From Fonticula alba ATCC 38817 (Eukaryota > Protista > Nucleariida), in NCBI GenBank assembly GCA_000388065.2, contig KB932206.1: a DNA stretch of 64,000 bases. The stretch is one strand, 5' to 3'. The position numbers and the translations under genes are program-made. This document shows, piece after piece, positions 37,398-50,601 of this stretch. Numbering within the stretch: position 1 is the first letter of the stretch; the number at the start of each line of letters is the position of its first letter. Below the pieces are notes generated by a model. It searched no databases and was not told the DNA's origin. It saw only the letters and a program-made list of their open reading frames with translations.

Positions 37398-38873
37398 TCA
37401 CAGGGTGTCCCAGCTGGGGAAGAGGCCGCCCACGCCGGAACCGCCGCCGGAAAGAGGAGCGGCCGGCGGGAGCCCGACCTTCACGCCGAAGCTCGGGGAA
37501 AAGACCGTCTTGGAGATGGCAATCAGGTCGGAGTAGGCCACGCGCGAGTTGTGGCTCGAGTCCTGCAGGGGGGGGGGGGGGGGGGGGTCGGGGCCACACA
37601 TGTCGAGTGCACCACGGGAGACGCGAGTGAAATAAACGCGCGAAGGGGGTGAATATGGTGCAGGAGAGAAGTGAACCGCATGAGGATGGCCAGAGCACCA
37701 TGAGGACGACGTACACGCAGGGCATCGCCCATCGGGTCCGAGCTACTCCCATAGGCCAGGGCCGTAATGCGGGAGAGGCGTGAGGAGCCGGCGGCGCTGG
37801 CGGCGGCGCCTGTCCCACCGGGCGAGGCGCCGACCCCCGAGGAGGCCCCCCCAGGGAGAGGCCCCTCATCCGAGGCAGAGGCGGAGGCGGAGGCAGAAGC
37901 GGACGTCGGGTCGCCTCCGGCTGGGCCCGCGGCGGCCCGCTGCGCGGCCCACTGACGCTGGCGGCTTTGAAGGTGGGTGGTGGTATCCACACCGGTGGCA
38001 TTGCCCAATTGCCGGAGCACCTGCCGCAAGGACGCGGCAATGCGCCCGTCAATATTTTGCGTGAGGGACTCATTCAGAGTGACTGGCGGTGGGGAGGGCG
38101 CATCGGGAGTGAGCGGGCCTGGCGGCTGGGATGTCAAGTGGTCGGCGGCTCGAAGCAGGCGACAGAGATCGGCAAAGCGGCAGAAACGCACCCAGACGCT
38201 TGTAGTTGGACGACCGCGCCGGACCGGGCCCAGTGGATGGGCGAATGCCGGCGGCATGGGCCTCGACAGCCGACGTGGTTGAGGTCCGGCGCGCCGGCGA
38301 GCCCTGCCCCGGTGAGGCCTGCCCCGGCGACGCAGAGGCCGTCGGGTAAAGGGAACCGCTTGACGAGCTGGACGGTAGTTGGGGCTGTGGGGTGGCCGGG
38401 CACGCATCGCCATGATCCAGGGAGGCTGGCAGGGGGGCAGGCGGCGCAGGCTCCTCCAGTTTAGCGCCCGGGTCGATGTCCGACGCGGAAGCGCCCGAGG
38501 TGGGGGCGGGGCCGGGCCCGGCCGGCTCGCTGGGCGCCTCAGCTTCGGCCGGCTCGGGAGGTGCCTCACAAACCTGCTGGCCGGCGCCGGAGATGTCCTC
38601 GGCAGCAACTTCGGGAACACCAGGAGTGTCTGGAACAGGAGCCGAATCAGGCTCAGCTACGGTGCTCTCGGCTGGAGCTGCGCTGACATCGGACTCAGCG
38701 TCGGCCACAGGCGCGGCCACAGGCGCGGCCACAGGCGCGGCCACAGGGGCGGATACAGAGGCGGATACAGTTGCCTCAGTGGGTGCGGTGCCGGCAGGGT
38801 CGGGGCTGGCGACAGGGTCCGCCTCGCCGGCAACGACGCGACGCCGGCGTCCAGCAGCACGCGGAGGGGCCAT
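37398..38873 (-). CDS. Hypothetical protein with Ala/Pro/Glu-rich N-terminus (about 404 aa)
   Basis: Exons 38873-38192, 38082-37715 and 37562-37398 splice in frame with GTGCGT/GTACGT donors, and GC3 is high in the last exon. No family recognised. Contains a 12-bp tandem repeat (PVAA)n near 38700-38750. Confidence 0.5.
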
Positions 38874-39475
38874 TGGATGGGGAGAAAAAGAAGGAGAGAG
38901 AGAGGGGGGGGGGGGGGAGGGGGGGGGACGGCCATGCACCCGCCAATACGAGGCGCCCCCGGTGTCGGTGGGCTTTTCTCGGCATTTGATCCCCGGCCCC
39001 CTTTCCTCGGCCCCTCGTCCTCTGTATGGTCGGACGATCAGTCGCATCTAACTTGGGCAGGGGCCCCGGGCGGGCGCGCAAGGGGGGAGAGCGAGAGGTG
39101 GACTGGTGCGGCCCGCTGTGCGGGGGAACATTGTTGTGCGCGCTCTGTTGCGTGCGGGCCGACGTACCGAGCGCCGGCAGACGGTTCGTGACACGATCAT
39201 GTGTGGAGTTGCAGTTAATGCGGTGCTCCCTGGCCGGGGCGGCGATAGTTAAGGCCTGGGGCCATTTAGCTGGCCGATCACTTCCCAGGGACCACGCCGA
39301 GCAATCGCCCCCCGCACCCGCCCTTGCATGCCCCCTCCCCCCCTCCCCCCCCCCCCCCCCCCCCCTCCCGCCTCCCCTCCCTGCTCCACTCTCGCACCTG
39401 AACCTTTTTTTCTCTCTTTCCCCCCCTCTTCCCCTCTCGGGAGCAAACAAGAAAGGCCCCCTGCTGTCTCGCGCT

Positions 39476-40461
39476 ATGGATCGCGGCCGATCGTCATCCA
39501 ACATCCGCCAGTATGATCCCCTACTGGCGGGGGCACCTACTGGGCAAGCGGTGCTCTACCATGACCGGGGGCTGATCCGCGCGGCACAGGCACGGCCGAT
39601 GCATCGGAAGCACTTGCGTGAGCTGCGATTCCCTCCGGCGCCGGAACAGCCGCCAGGGGAGGCCCCTTTGTCCCGGCGCGTGGCGGTCCGGTCGCCTGTG
39701 ACCTCGGCCCTGACGCCAGGTGACTTTGGGCTGTCAGCCGAGGCGCCGGCCCCGGCCCCGGTATGCGCCCCTCCGCCACCATCACCGGCCCCCCCTCCAC
39801 GGCGCCGGGATCCCACCCCCGACGACGCGGCCAATGCGGCGCACATCCTCCACACGAAGAGTCTCTTCCTTGGCCGGCTGGTCCCTGCATTGGACACCTT
39901 CGACCTGGAGGGGTTCCTTACGGCTGCCGCCGGCCCGGTGGAGCATCTTGACCGGGTGGTGGACCAGCGTGCGTACATTGCGACGGCCTTCTGCCTGGCT
40001 CTGGCCTTGCCCTTACGTGCTTTTTGTCCGCCACTCCCTCTCCCGCCCTCTCGGCGCACATCCCCCCCCCCTCGCCCTCCTCCGCATGCCCGACAGGCGA
40101 TGGGTCCCTCCGGCCGTATGCTTTCGTCACATTTCGCTACGCCCACCATCGGGACCGGCTATACCACGCAGCGGACGCCGGGTCCGGGCTGCTTCCCCTG
40201 GGCAACGGCTTTTCCATCTTGGTGGATGCGGTGCGCGGGGCCGGGCCCCGTATGGAAGCCCCGGTCGAGGGCTGCCCTGGCCGCCGGCGTACCCGGCTGG
40301 CGGACACCCTGATGCCGGGCTGGGTGCCACGACGCCTGGGTGGCGGTCTCGGGGGGCGCATCCAGAGCGGGCAACTGCGCTTTGGCGGCCGGACAACGCC
40401 TTTCCGCTCGGGCCCGGTGGCGCCCCGACGGGGGCCCCCCTTCCGCACTCGCCCGCGCTAG
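39476..40461 (+). CDS. SNRNP35: U11/U12 snRNP 35-kDa protein (minor spliceosome, RRM), about 285 aa
   Basis: Exons 39476-39968 and 40097-40461. N-terminal RQYDPLLAG...HDRGLIRA, RNP1-like RPYAFVTF, and [30 protein letters not shown]. From memory, this matches SNRNP35 [30 protein letters not shown]. Confidence 0.88.
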
Positions 40462-40521
40462 TGCCGGTGCACCCGAGCCCATGGTCTTTATCGGTGTATT
40501 GTCTCAAGGAAGGGGGCTGCC

Positions 40522-43500
40522 CTACACGCGCAGGGCAGCTGGACGGCCGGCCGCCGGGTCTGGTCCTCCGCCACCTGGCACGACATCCGGGTAGCCGAAG
40601 TCCAGGAGAATGCGGCGACGCAGGGCCGGCTCTAGGTCCGCGGTGTAGGAGATCACTCGGCCATCCCGGCCGGCGCTTACCAGGAAGGTGTCCCCATCAG
40701 GCCCGGCCCCCAGGCCCAGGTCGGCAAGCTGTGCCATACAGGCGTCCGGCAGCAGATGCCCGATGGGTGTCGGGGTGGCGACACTGGCGGGGGCGCTTCT
40801 GGCAGCGACAGAAGCAGCGGCCGCAGCGGCCGCCGTGGTGGTGGTATTGGTATTGGCAGCGGTGGCAGCCGGCCATCCTGGTGACTGGTCCGTTGGCCAC
40901 CCTGCCGGCACCGACTGGGCCGGCGCCGGGATGGCTGCCAAGGCGGCTGTCCCCGGGAGGGTGCCATTCTCCGCTGGGCCGCACCGCCGGCGCCGGCGCC
41001 GGCGAGCATCGGCCTCCGGCGAGGAACGGGGCGTGTTGGGCCCGGCGGCCGGGCGCTTGGCGTCCATCCCCGAGCCGGGGGCCCGGCGCCGAGTGGCCGC
41101 CAGCAGCGGGCTTGCCAGGTGCTTGAGCCCGGTGACCACATGCCCGTGAGACTCCCAGCTGTATGCCACTTGTGGGGCAGGCTGGCGGCTGGGATCGGCC
41201 AGGGATACGGCCAGGCGCCCGGGAGAATTGGCGCCAGCCACTCGGGCTGACAGCAGGCTACGCAGCTCATAGGTATATACCCGGCCGTCGGAGCCCCCGA
41301 GGAAGAGGAGTCGCGCGTCGGCCTCACGACCGGCGGCCGCCGCGGCACTGGCCTCATCCTCGCCTCCGTTGGGGGTGCAGGGCTCTGTCTCGGCCCCGGG
41401 GCGGATCTCATCGACCAGGAGCAGCGAATGCTCGGTCAGTGGGGTGGTGGCGATGCTTTTGGCCCACACGCCCTCCGGGAGGGTGATTTCCAGGAGCGGG
41501 CTGTCAGCCAACCGGGCGCTCGGGTCGGCGGGGTTGACAACTGCGCCCATGTGCAGGAAGGGTGTCAGTAAGAGCCGACATGTGTGACTTCCCTCCTCCC
41601 GTCCAGGAGGGAGGGGGGGGCGGAGCAGGAACGGCACGGGCGAAAGGGCGCGCTTTTCGCCGGGCCCCGGGGAAAGACCGCGAAGAGGATCACAGGCCAC
41701 CACAACGCACAGACCACCTTGCCGCAGGACAGCGAGCAGGCCACCAGGGAAAAGGCGCTGACCGACACGCCTGGGACCTCGCACAGGGTCACCACCGGCG
41801 AGGCGAACAGCCATACCGCCAGCTCGGTCGGGGCGGTTTCCTCCTCCGGGTGCAAGCGCCAGAGGCGCACGCTCCGGTCGAATGAGCACGTCATGACCAG
41901 TGGCAGGCCGCCATGCGAGTATGCCGCGCGGATGGCCGCCGGGATGGACCGCTCCCCGGGGACAAGGCCCTGCTGCTGTGAAACATACTCCGGGGCAAAC
42001 AGCTCCAAGGTGGCCGGGAACCGCAGGAACACCGAACAGTAGATGTCCGACGCGTGCCCCGCAAGCTGGTGGGCGACGGCAGGGGCACGGAGGGCAGCGA
42101 AGGGCACGGGCGATGAGATGGCCCGAGGAGGGGACCGGGGGGGGGGGGGGCAGGGGGGCGGCCACATGCGACCGTGGGTCCGGCATGGGCGAGGGGCACA
42201 GGAGGCGGGCGTACGGTGCAAAGCTGGCGCAGTTCGGGCGTGCTGGTCCGGCCAGCGGCCGACACGGTCCAAATGTGGACCATGGTATCGAAGCCGCCGG
42301 TGGCGATGAGGACATCCACGCCGCCGGACCGGGCCGTGTCGAGACCGGCGGTTTCCGGCCGCGTCCATGAGCCGATGGTCACCAGCGGGCCCTCGTGGGC
42401 CGGAAGGGCGACATGGGCCGGTGATCCGCCGAGCGCCAAGGCCGGGAAGAGATCCCGGCCGGGGGCGGCGGCTGGCCCGGGGTGCGCCGAGCTGGCCGCC
42501 GGCAGGAGCCACGTGTAGGTGACGGACAGCCAGCCGTGCGAGTCGCCGGTCAGGGCGATGCTCCGCCCTGCGGCCGGCTCATTCGCCGGGGCCGAGGCGG
42601 ATGCCCCCCGATCGAGAGACACCAACCGCACGGCCAGGCAGGGCCCGCGAGTGGGAATGCTCCCGCCACGAGCCGGCGCCCGGCGCAGTGGCAGCGCCAG
42701 CACCTGGCCGGCGGGTGTCGGTGCCGCGGCCGGCGGCGGCGGCGGCGGCGGCGGCGACTGGTCGCGACCCGCGCGCGCGGCCTGGGGCGACAAGATCAGT
42801 GACAGCTTGTCGCCCAGCTGGCGGAAGAAGGCCAGCGCCGGGCGCACACTCTCGGGCCGAGGCATGCCCTCCTCCAGGGCGGGCAGCGGCGGAGCCGGGG
42901 GGACATCGCCCGGGGCCTGGGGCTGGGCCTCATCGATGGGGGGGCCGCCGGCGGCCACCGGCGACATGCCCAGATCGTCGGTGGAGTTGGGCCCCGTCGG
43001 CCCGGGGCCTGGCGGCGCAGCGGGGCTGGCAGGCGGCCCCGTGTCGAACCAGCTAAGCAGACGCCGAATGCCCGGGGGGACGTTGGAGGGCCCCTCGGCC
43101 TGGGAGGCCGGGGTGGCCGAGGCAAGGGGTGCTGTGGCTGCGGCCGGGGCAACGCCGGCAGCGGCATCTGATCCGGCCGGCGAGATGCCCTCGGGCGTGG
43201 GCGGCACCACGCGGCCCGGGCTGGCCTTCGCCTCGCGCTGGCATGTGGCCACGGCAGTGGCGTCGATCGTTCCGCCGGCCGACTTGGCCAGGTGCCGGAG
43301 AATTGGCGAGTCCGGCAGGGTGATCTGGCTGAGGAGAACCCCCTCTTCGGGGTCCAGGCCGGGAGTCGGATCGCCGAGGTCCATCCGACTGACCAGGATC
43401 GCGCGGCTGTCCTTGGCTGCGACGAGTATCCACCCTGCGTCGACGTCGAGATCGAACAGGTCCACCGGGTCGGGGCGGGTGTCGGGACTGTCCTCGCGGT

Positions 43501-44231
43501 GGGTCTCCGGTGGCACACTGAGCGGCCCGGGGGCCAGGCACGAGGAGGCATCTTTCGGGTGAATGCCAGGAGCCGGGTGAGTTAGTGCGAGGGCAGGGAG
43601 CGGGGCGGCATGACAATGGGGTGATGCACATGTGTGCGTGTGCATGTGTGCGTGTGCATGTGTGCATGTGTGCATGTGTGCGTGTGCGTGAATGAGGCAG
43701 CGGACAGCGAAGAGGCAGAGGAGGATGAAGAGCGAGCACAGGGCGCAGAGGGCCGAGGCAAGCGGGAACATCGCGCGCACCGGACTCGGGTGTGGGAAGT
43801 AGGGCCGTGGCCGCCTGGCCGGCGAGCAGGCCGCGCAGGGCAGCCCGCTGCCCGGCCTGGCGGACAAGGAAGTAGTTGGCCTGCGCCAGACCAAAGCGAA
43901 AAGCCAGGCTGCGGTGGCAGTGCTCCATGTACACAAAGCGCCACAGGTTGAAGGGTCGCGGGGGCCGGTCGCGCGGGGCGCTGAGATCATTGCGCCAGAT
44001 GTTGACGTCGCATTGGTCGAGCTCCGGCGCAAGCCAGCCCTGGCGAGCGCAATGGGCACGCCAAAGGACCGGGTCATCTTGACAAGCCACGCGCCAGCGT
44101 TCACTGACCCCGGCGCAGGCCAGCAAGTCGGCCACCGGCAGGTGGAGGAGCACGCGACGAAAGAGGTCTGCCGGCAGGACCACAGCCGGGTCGGTGCACG
44201 GTTGTCGGAGAGGCGAGGGGGCTGGTGTCAT
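40522..44231 (-). CDS. F-box protein with WD40-like repeats and long low-complexity insertions
   Basis: F-box LPADLFRRVLLHLPVADLLACAGVSERW. WD-like motifs ATGGFDTMVHIW, TCSFDRSVRLW, GGSDGRVYTY, VSAGRDGRVISY. Exons 42065-41711 and 41540-40522 are well supported; intron 1 boundaries (about 43880-43551) are uncertain. Confidence 0.75.
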
Positions 44232-44719
44232 GTCGCGGGAGCCGCGCACCGGCTGGTCATCGGAAGGGCGCGATGCGACGATAGGGCGATAGGGGGCGGG
44301 AGAGGGGAAGGAGAGAGAGAGAGAGAGAGAGAGACCGAGGGAAAGCTAGTGAGCTGGGACGGGCGGGAGGATGTTGGCGGAGAAGGAGGTGGATGATGAC
44401 ATGAAGTCTGTCTGCCGGGGAGGGGGGGGGGAGGGTGGGAGTATGTCGCTGCCACTTGTTCTCGGAGCCTTGGTCATGTTGTCGGCGGCCATGGGGCCGG
44501 GCGGAGGCACTGCCGGATCTATGGCGCTGCTGAGGGCGGTGAACAGGAAGGTCCGCTAGCGCCGGGTTGGATGTCAGATCGCGAATGAGGGCAGCGAGCG
44601 GGGGAGATCTTCGCCTCGCGGGGGTCCGAACGGGAGCCAAGCAAGCGTCCGCGGTCCTGTAAGAGGGGCAGATCGCCAGCAGCCTGGGGCCGTTGCAACG
44701 CACAAAGATCGGGAAAACC

Positions 44720-44723
<4 letters not shown>

Positions 44724-44760
<37 letters not shown>
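44724..44760. repeat. (GA)n microsatellite
   Basis: Visible dinucleotide repeat; several shorter GA/CT runs occur elsewhere. Confidence 0.85.
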
Positions 44761-44762
<2 letters not shown>

Positions 44763-46959
44763 GGGCGGGTCAGCAATTGAGACCCCCTTGTCCCGGACGG
44801 CAGACGGACAGAGCATCGGAAGGGGGCGGGCCAGCAGCACAGTGTGCCCGTCGCAACCGGCTTATTTTCCGGCAGGTTGAGCAGGGACCCGCACGATCGG
44901 CACAGATCGCGCCCCGGGACCCCCGCTAAAAGGCCGGGGCCGCATGAAAATGCCACCCACAGCCACGTACGGGGGGGGGGGGCAGGGAGTGCAGTGGAGT
45001 GGAACATTAGCGGCGCGCCCCCCCCCCCCCCTCTCCGGAAGGCCGCCAGGTCCAACGGCCAGTCCTGCGAGGACCTGGGTGGTGCGGCGACGAGGTCACG
45101 AACACCCAGAGCCTTCCGGTGCCCCGGCCAGCGGCAGGGTGAAGTCCCGACAAGAGACTCCCCCGCCACTTAGCTCCCAGTGATGTGCTCGCTCGCCCAA
45201 AGGAGCTGGCAGCGCCCATATGATGGACAGCTGCTCCAAACACATGTCTATATTGCCCCTCTGCTCTGCGCGAGAGGGGGGGGNNNNNNNNNNNNNNNNN
45301 NNNNNNNNNNNNNNNNNNNNNNNNNNNNNNNNNNNNNNNNNNNNNNNNNNNNNNNNNNNNNNNNNNNNNNNNNNNNNNNNNNNNNNNNNNNNNNNNNNNN
45401 NNNNNNNNNNNNNNNNNNNNNNNNNNNNNNNNNNNNNNNNNNNNNNNNNNNNNNNNNNNNNNNNNNNNNNNNNNNNNNNNNNNNNNNNNNNNNNNNNNNN
45501 NNNNNNNNNNNNNNNNNNNNNNNNNNNNNNNNNNNNNNNNNNNNNNNNNNNNNNNNNNNNNNNNNNNNNNNNNNNNNNNNNNNNNNNNNNNNNNNNNNNN
45601 NNNCGCCAACGCCCCCCCCCCCCTCCCCCCTGGTAGCGTGCCGATCGCTTTGATCCCTGCCAGGGGCTCACGCTACGAACTCCCCAAAAGCCCCCGGCCC
45701 CGGCCCCGGCCCCCAGCCAATGATGCTCCCTCACTTGCTCCTGACCAGGGCTCCACCTGTCCATCTATGAAAAATGATTCACTCGCCCTCCCGGCCCGGG
45801 GGAGAATCCCCGGCCAACCGTTGGGCGTTGCTCGGGTCCTGGTGAGCCGTTCGTCCTCGGCATGAATGCAAGCATGCACCCACACGGCCGCCCGCCCGCC
45901 CGCCCGCCCGCCCGCTGGAGGCCCTGCCATGATCGCGGCCTGGGCGCGTGAATCATCCCCCGCCCGCCTCCCGCTGGGCCATCTAGGGCGGCCACTACCG
46001 CCGGCTAGACCCAGCCAGACAGGCACCCACGCACCCCCCCTCTCGTGCATGTCTTTTCTGGTAGATTTATATTTAATTGGTTCGGGGCGTAGTAATATTA
46101 CAGGGGGCAGAGAGAGAGAGAGAGAGAGAGAGGAGGGGGAAGTAAAGGAGGGGCAGATACCACGAATGCATGACTGAGAGACGCTCCTAGAGGTGGAGGG
46201 AAGAGGAGGAAAAAAAGCCCCAGGAACATCCCACCGCGCGCACGCACGCACACACGCGCACCCTTCCCGGAAATCTTGGCCCCTGGTAGGGGGGGGGGGA
46301 TCAGATACGAAGGCAGGGAAGGGTGGGGGGCGCCACGGCTGGTGGAGGAGGAAAATGGAGAGGCGTCATCTCAAACGAGCAAACGGGGGGGAGGAGGAGA
46401 GGAGCATGACGGGGGGGGGGGGGATAAAGGAGTGTCTCCCCTACACGGACCCGCCCCCTCCCCAACTCATCGGGTAACGGAGAAGGGGGCCGTGCGCGGG
46501 GAGAGGTGCGACAGCGACGAGATGGCAATGCGCCCACCGCGGCGCATGGCGCCCCTACCTCCGCAAGTGATGCACTTTCCCCGTCCCATGCGGAGGAGGA
46601 GGGAGAGGACACACAAGAGGGGAACGCACGCGTGCGCACTGGCCCACCCGATGCCTGGCCGGGCTGACCGGCACAGGGACGAGAAAGGCAGAGGGGAGAG
46701 AGAAGGAAAGAGGGCGTCACGAGGCCGGCTTGTGACTGTGAAAATGGAAGGGGAGATGTGCGTTTGCGCCCCGTCCCTCGCCTCGTCCTGCCTCCGTCCG
46801 GCTCCCCTGCGCGGTCTCCAAGGAGAAAGGTGGAGAGAACATGTGCGGACAGCATATGGAGGGCGAGAAGGGGAGAGGAGAGATGAGCGGGCTCTCATGC
46901 ATCGGAAGTGCGCGGCCGCGCGGCCGCGCGCGCACCGGAGGAACATCGCGCCTTCTCAC

Positions 46960-48522
46960 TTACAGGAAGTAGTCGGTGGTGGTCCGGCGGTGAGGGGTGT
47001 CTGGCCCGGGCTGGTTCGGGGCATCCTTGAAGATGGTGAACTGCGGCATGAGCGACTCATCCAGCTTGAGGATGGCGGCCACATTGTTGCACCGGTAGCA
47101 GTAGTTTGGCGCCGACCAGACGGTGACGATGCGCTGGTCGAACATGTACTTGTAGCCCTCCATGACCAGCTGATGTGCACGAGCGATGAGCGAAAGGCCG
47201 TTGGCATCGTTAAACTGTGAACGATTCCGGGCAGGAGGGAAGGGAGCAAAGATGGGACACGTGTGTGCGTGTGTGCGTGTGTGCGTGTGTGCGTGTGTGC
47301 GTGTGTGTGGAGGGGGTGGTGGTAGAAGAGCGGCGAATGAGTCAGCGAACACCGAAGGACCGAACGGAAAGGGCGACCCGGAGGGAGGATGAAAGGAAAG
47401 CGCAACGAGGAGAAGGGAGCAAGAGGGGCAAACAAGCAGGCACGCACGCCCTCCACCACGTCGCGGCCGAAGAGGAAGCCAGCCCCTCGAGGGCTGACAC
47501 CCCAACTGCTGATTTCCTCCGGGTCGGACCAGAGCAGGTCGCACATGGCACCCTCGTGCGGGACCTCCTGCTTGCGGTCAATCGTCCGGATCTGATCCAG
47601 GGTGTTGATGGACGGCGACAGACCACCATGCACACAGAACACCCGGTCGGACACAATGGCCGAGAGACTCAGGTGGTCGAACACCTCGCAGCAGTAGCGC
47701 CACACATTGACCGAGTTGTACTTGCGCACACACTCGTCGTAGAAACCGTAGATCTGGGTGATCTGTCGCGACTCGTGGTTCCCGCGGATGAGGGTGATCC
47801 GGTTGGGGTAGCGAACCTTGAGGGCCAGCAGCAGGAGGAAAGTCTCGATACTGAAGTGGCCACGGTCGACGAAGTCACCTGTCGGGGCAGCGAAAAAGGG
47901 AGGCAGAAAGGAAGGTGTGTCGGGAAATCAGTAAGGAGGCACAGGCGAGGGGGGCCGGAAGGCGGAGGAGGAGGGGAGGGGGTAGAGGGGAGCGGGCTTG
48001 AAAACGCACCCATGAACATGTAGTTCTCGTGGGGCACCTCGCCACCAATCTTGAAGAGCTCCATCAGGTCCCAGAACTGGCCGTGAATGTCGCCGCAAAT
48101 CTGCCAGTCGCAAGCCGGGCGGGAGGGAGGGAGGGCGGGAGGGCGATGGGGGGGGGGGGGAGTCAGCTCCGGGCGCGAGGACGGGAACAACAGCACACAA
48201 GGGGGCAACAGCAACTGGGCAAGCCCCGGAGCAGCGGGGGCGCAGGCGCACAATGACCGGCGGGTCGACGCGCTGGACGTTGCTCTCCTCGACGAGGATC
48301 TCCCGCGCGCGAGAGCACAGCTGCTTGACCTCCCGCTCGGAGATCAGCTCGCAGCGCTTCAGCTTCTCGATGGCGCTGCGAATGGCAGTCCAGCAACGAG
48401 GCGGATGATTAAGCGATGTCAGGGGAGACAGCGGATGATGTCGAGCTGGCAGCACATGGGAAACCAGGAAGAGAGGGAGGCAGAAAGAGGGAGAGAACGC
48501 ACGCATCAAGATTGAGCGACAT
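46960..48522 (-). CDS. PPP4C: Serine/threonine protein phosphatase 4 catalytic subunit
   Basis: Exons 48522-48503, 48375-48252, 48100-48010, 47878-47448 and 47214-46960, all phases consistent. Motifs [27 protein letters not shown]-terminal DYFL. Confidence 0.93.
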
Positions 48523-49073
48523 GATGGAAAGAAAGGGAGCTCAGCCTGTAATGGCACACCGATAGGTGGAGGGGCGGGGCCCGAAGAGAGGACAGGGGGA
48601 GGCAACGGACACGGGTGCAGCGATGAAAGGGCGGCGCGCCGTCGAGGTGCCGGGGAGCAAGCGAGTCAGACAACGGGGCGGCTTGCCCAAAGGGAGGCGC
48701 ACAAAAAGCAGGGCCGCGCGGGAGCAGCACAGGGCCGAACGGACCAGACACGGGCGGGCCGGTGGACGTGAGCGGGGGGGGGGGGGGGGCAGGCAGACAG
48801 CACGGAACCGGGGACTGGGGGGGGGAGGGGTAGGCGGGTGGCAACGACGGCAGCGGTGGCGGCGGTGGCGGCGACGGCGGCGTGGGCACAGAGCAAGGAA
48901 CAGGGGATGGGGGAGGGGAGTTGGAATCAGGGAAGAGGAGTGGTAAACAGGAACGCCCATCCGCGGGCCGGAGGGGCTCGTCCCTGTAAATGCCCCTGAG
49001 GTGGGCCCGGCCCGGGCGGTAAGCGGGCGCGAGCAGCCGTTGTTGGCCGGATAGAGGGGGGGATTACCCAATT

Positions 49074-49108
<35 letters not shown>

Positions 49109-50568
49109 TGCGGGGCACAGTCGCTGGCCCGCCGTCCCGCGTCCGGGCCACTCCAGCCGTCTATCTCCCCCCGTGTGTTTCCCCCTGCGCGTGCCCCACG
49201 CCCGGGGGGTCTCGCACCCCCCCCCCCTGACCGCCCCCCAGGGCCGACCCAATACAGGCGCATGCACATGCATCAAGGGGACCCCAGCCCCGCGCGCTGT
49301 GCGCATGTACGTGCGTGTGCGCGCCTGCCCTTCCGACGGCCCGGGGCGAGGGCGCTCCGGGGCCGGGATGCGCTACCTGTGATCAACGGCGGGAGTCGTC
49401 GGGCGGAGGAGTGGCCGCCCCTCCTCCCGGCCCCCCGTTACAAAGGCCGGGCGCCGTGGGGCCCGGCCGCCAGGTACTCTCACCGGCCGAACTGAAAACC
49501 CAGCCAGACGCACATTGTACCCCGCCCATGCCGGGCCGCACCCCCCCCCCCGAGCGAGGGCCGCGACACTTGCCAGCGAACGAGAGGAACACAGTGCGCG
49601 CCACGACCAAAAGGGCAAGCGACTCGCTGCGGGGGGGGGGGTGGGGGGGGCGCGGGTGGAGAGAACGGGAGAGAGAAGGGCGCGGAGAAAATGAAAGAAC
49701 AACACACACACACACACAGACATGGGACTGGTGTCTATCGGCCGTCCAATAAGACCCCGTCTGTGGCCACCAAGACGACGGGGCCTCCCCCGGGACCCGT
49801 GCGAGAGCAAGCAACAGGGCCCAAGGTGCAGCTGACGCACTGCGCCAGCTCCCCGGCGTCCCGCTCGGACCTTGGGGCCGGCGACGAGGCGCGTGAGTCA
49901 CTCGGGCGCCGCCTCTGTCCGGGGGCCACAGGACAAGCAAAAAGGCGAATGGGCGCGCGACCGGTCGGCACACGCGGGACCTGTCGCGAAGCGCGGCCTA
50001 GGTCCGCTGGGCCGGCCGCCGGTGCTGGGTCGCCCCCGAGACAAGGCCCCCCCCCCCCGCCAGGCCCGGCCACGGCCAGAGGTGCGCAGGTGCGAATACC
50101 CGAGGCTCGCCACGCTCGCCGCACGACAGGGCCGGCACGGTACAGGGCGGCACGGCCGNNNNNNNNNNNNNNNNNNNNNNNNNNNNNNNNNNNNNNNNNN
50201 NNNNNNNNNNNNNNNNNNNNNNNNNNNNNNNNNNNNNNNNNNNNNNNNNNNNNNNNNNNNNNNNNNNNNNNNNNNNNNNNNNNNNNNNNNNNNNNNNNNN
50301 NNNNNNNNNNNNNNNNNNNNNNNNNNNNNNNNNNNNNNNNNNNNNNNNNNNNNNNNNNNNNNNNNNNNNNNNNNNNNNNNNNNNNNNNNNNNNNNNNNNN
50401 NNNNNNNNNNNNNNNNNNNNNNNNNNNNNNNNNNNNNNNNNNNNNNNNNNNNNNNNNNNNNNNNNNNNNNNNNNNNNNNNNNNNNNNNNNNNNNNNNNNN
50501 NNNNNNNNNNNNNNNNNNNNNNNNNNNNNNNNNNNNNNNNNNNNNNNNNNNNNNNNNNNNNNNNNNNN

Positions 50569-50601
<33 letters not shown>

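Noticed and set aside
38700-38760. 12-bp tandem repeat as a CRISPR-like array
   Set aside because: No spacers; it is a coding PVAA repeat in a eukaryotic gene.
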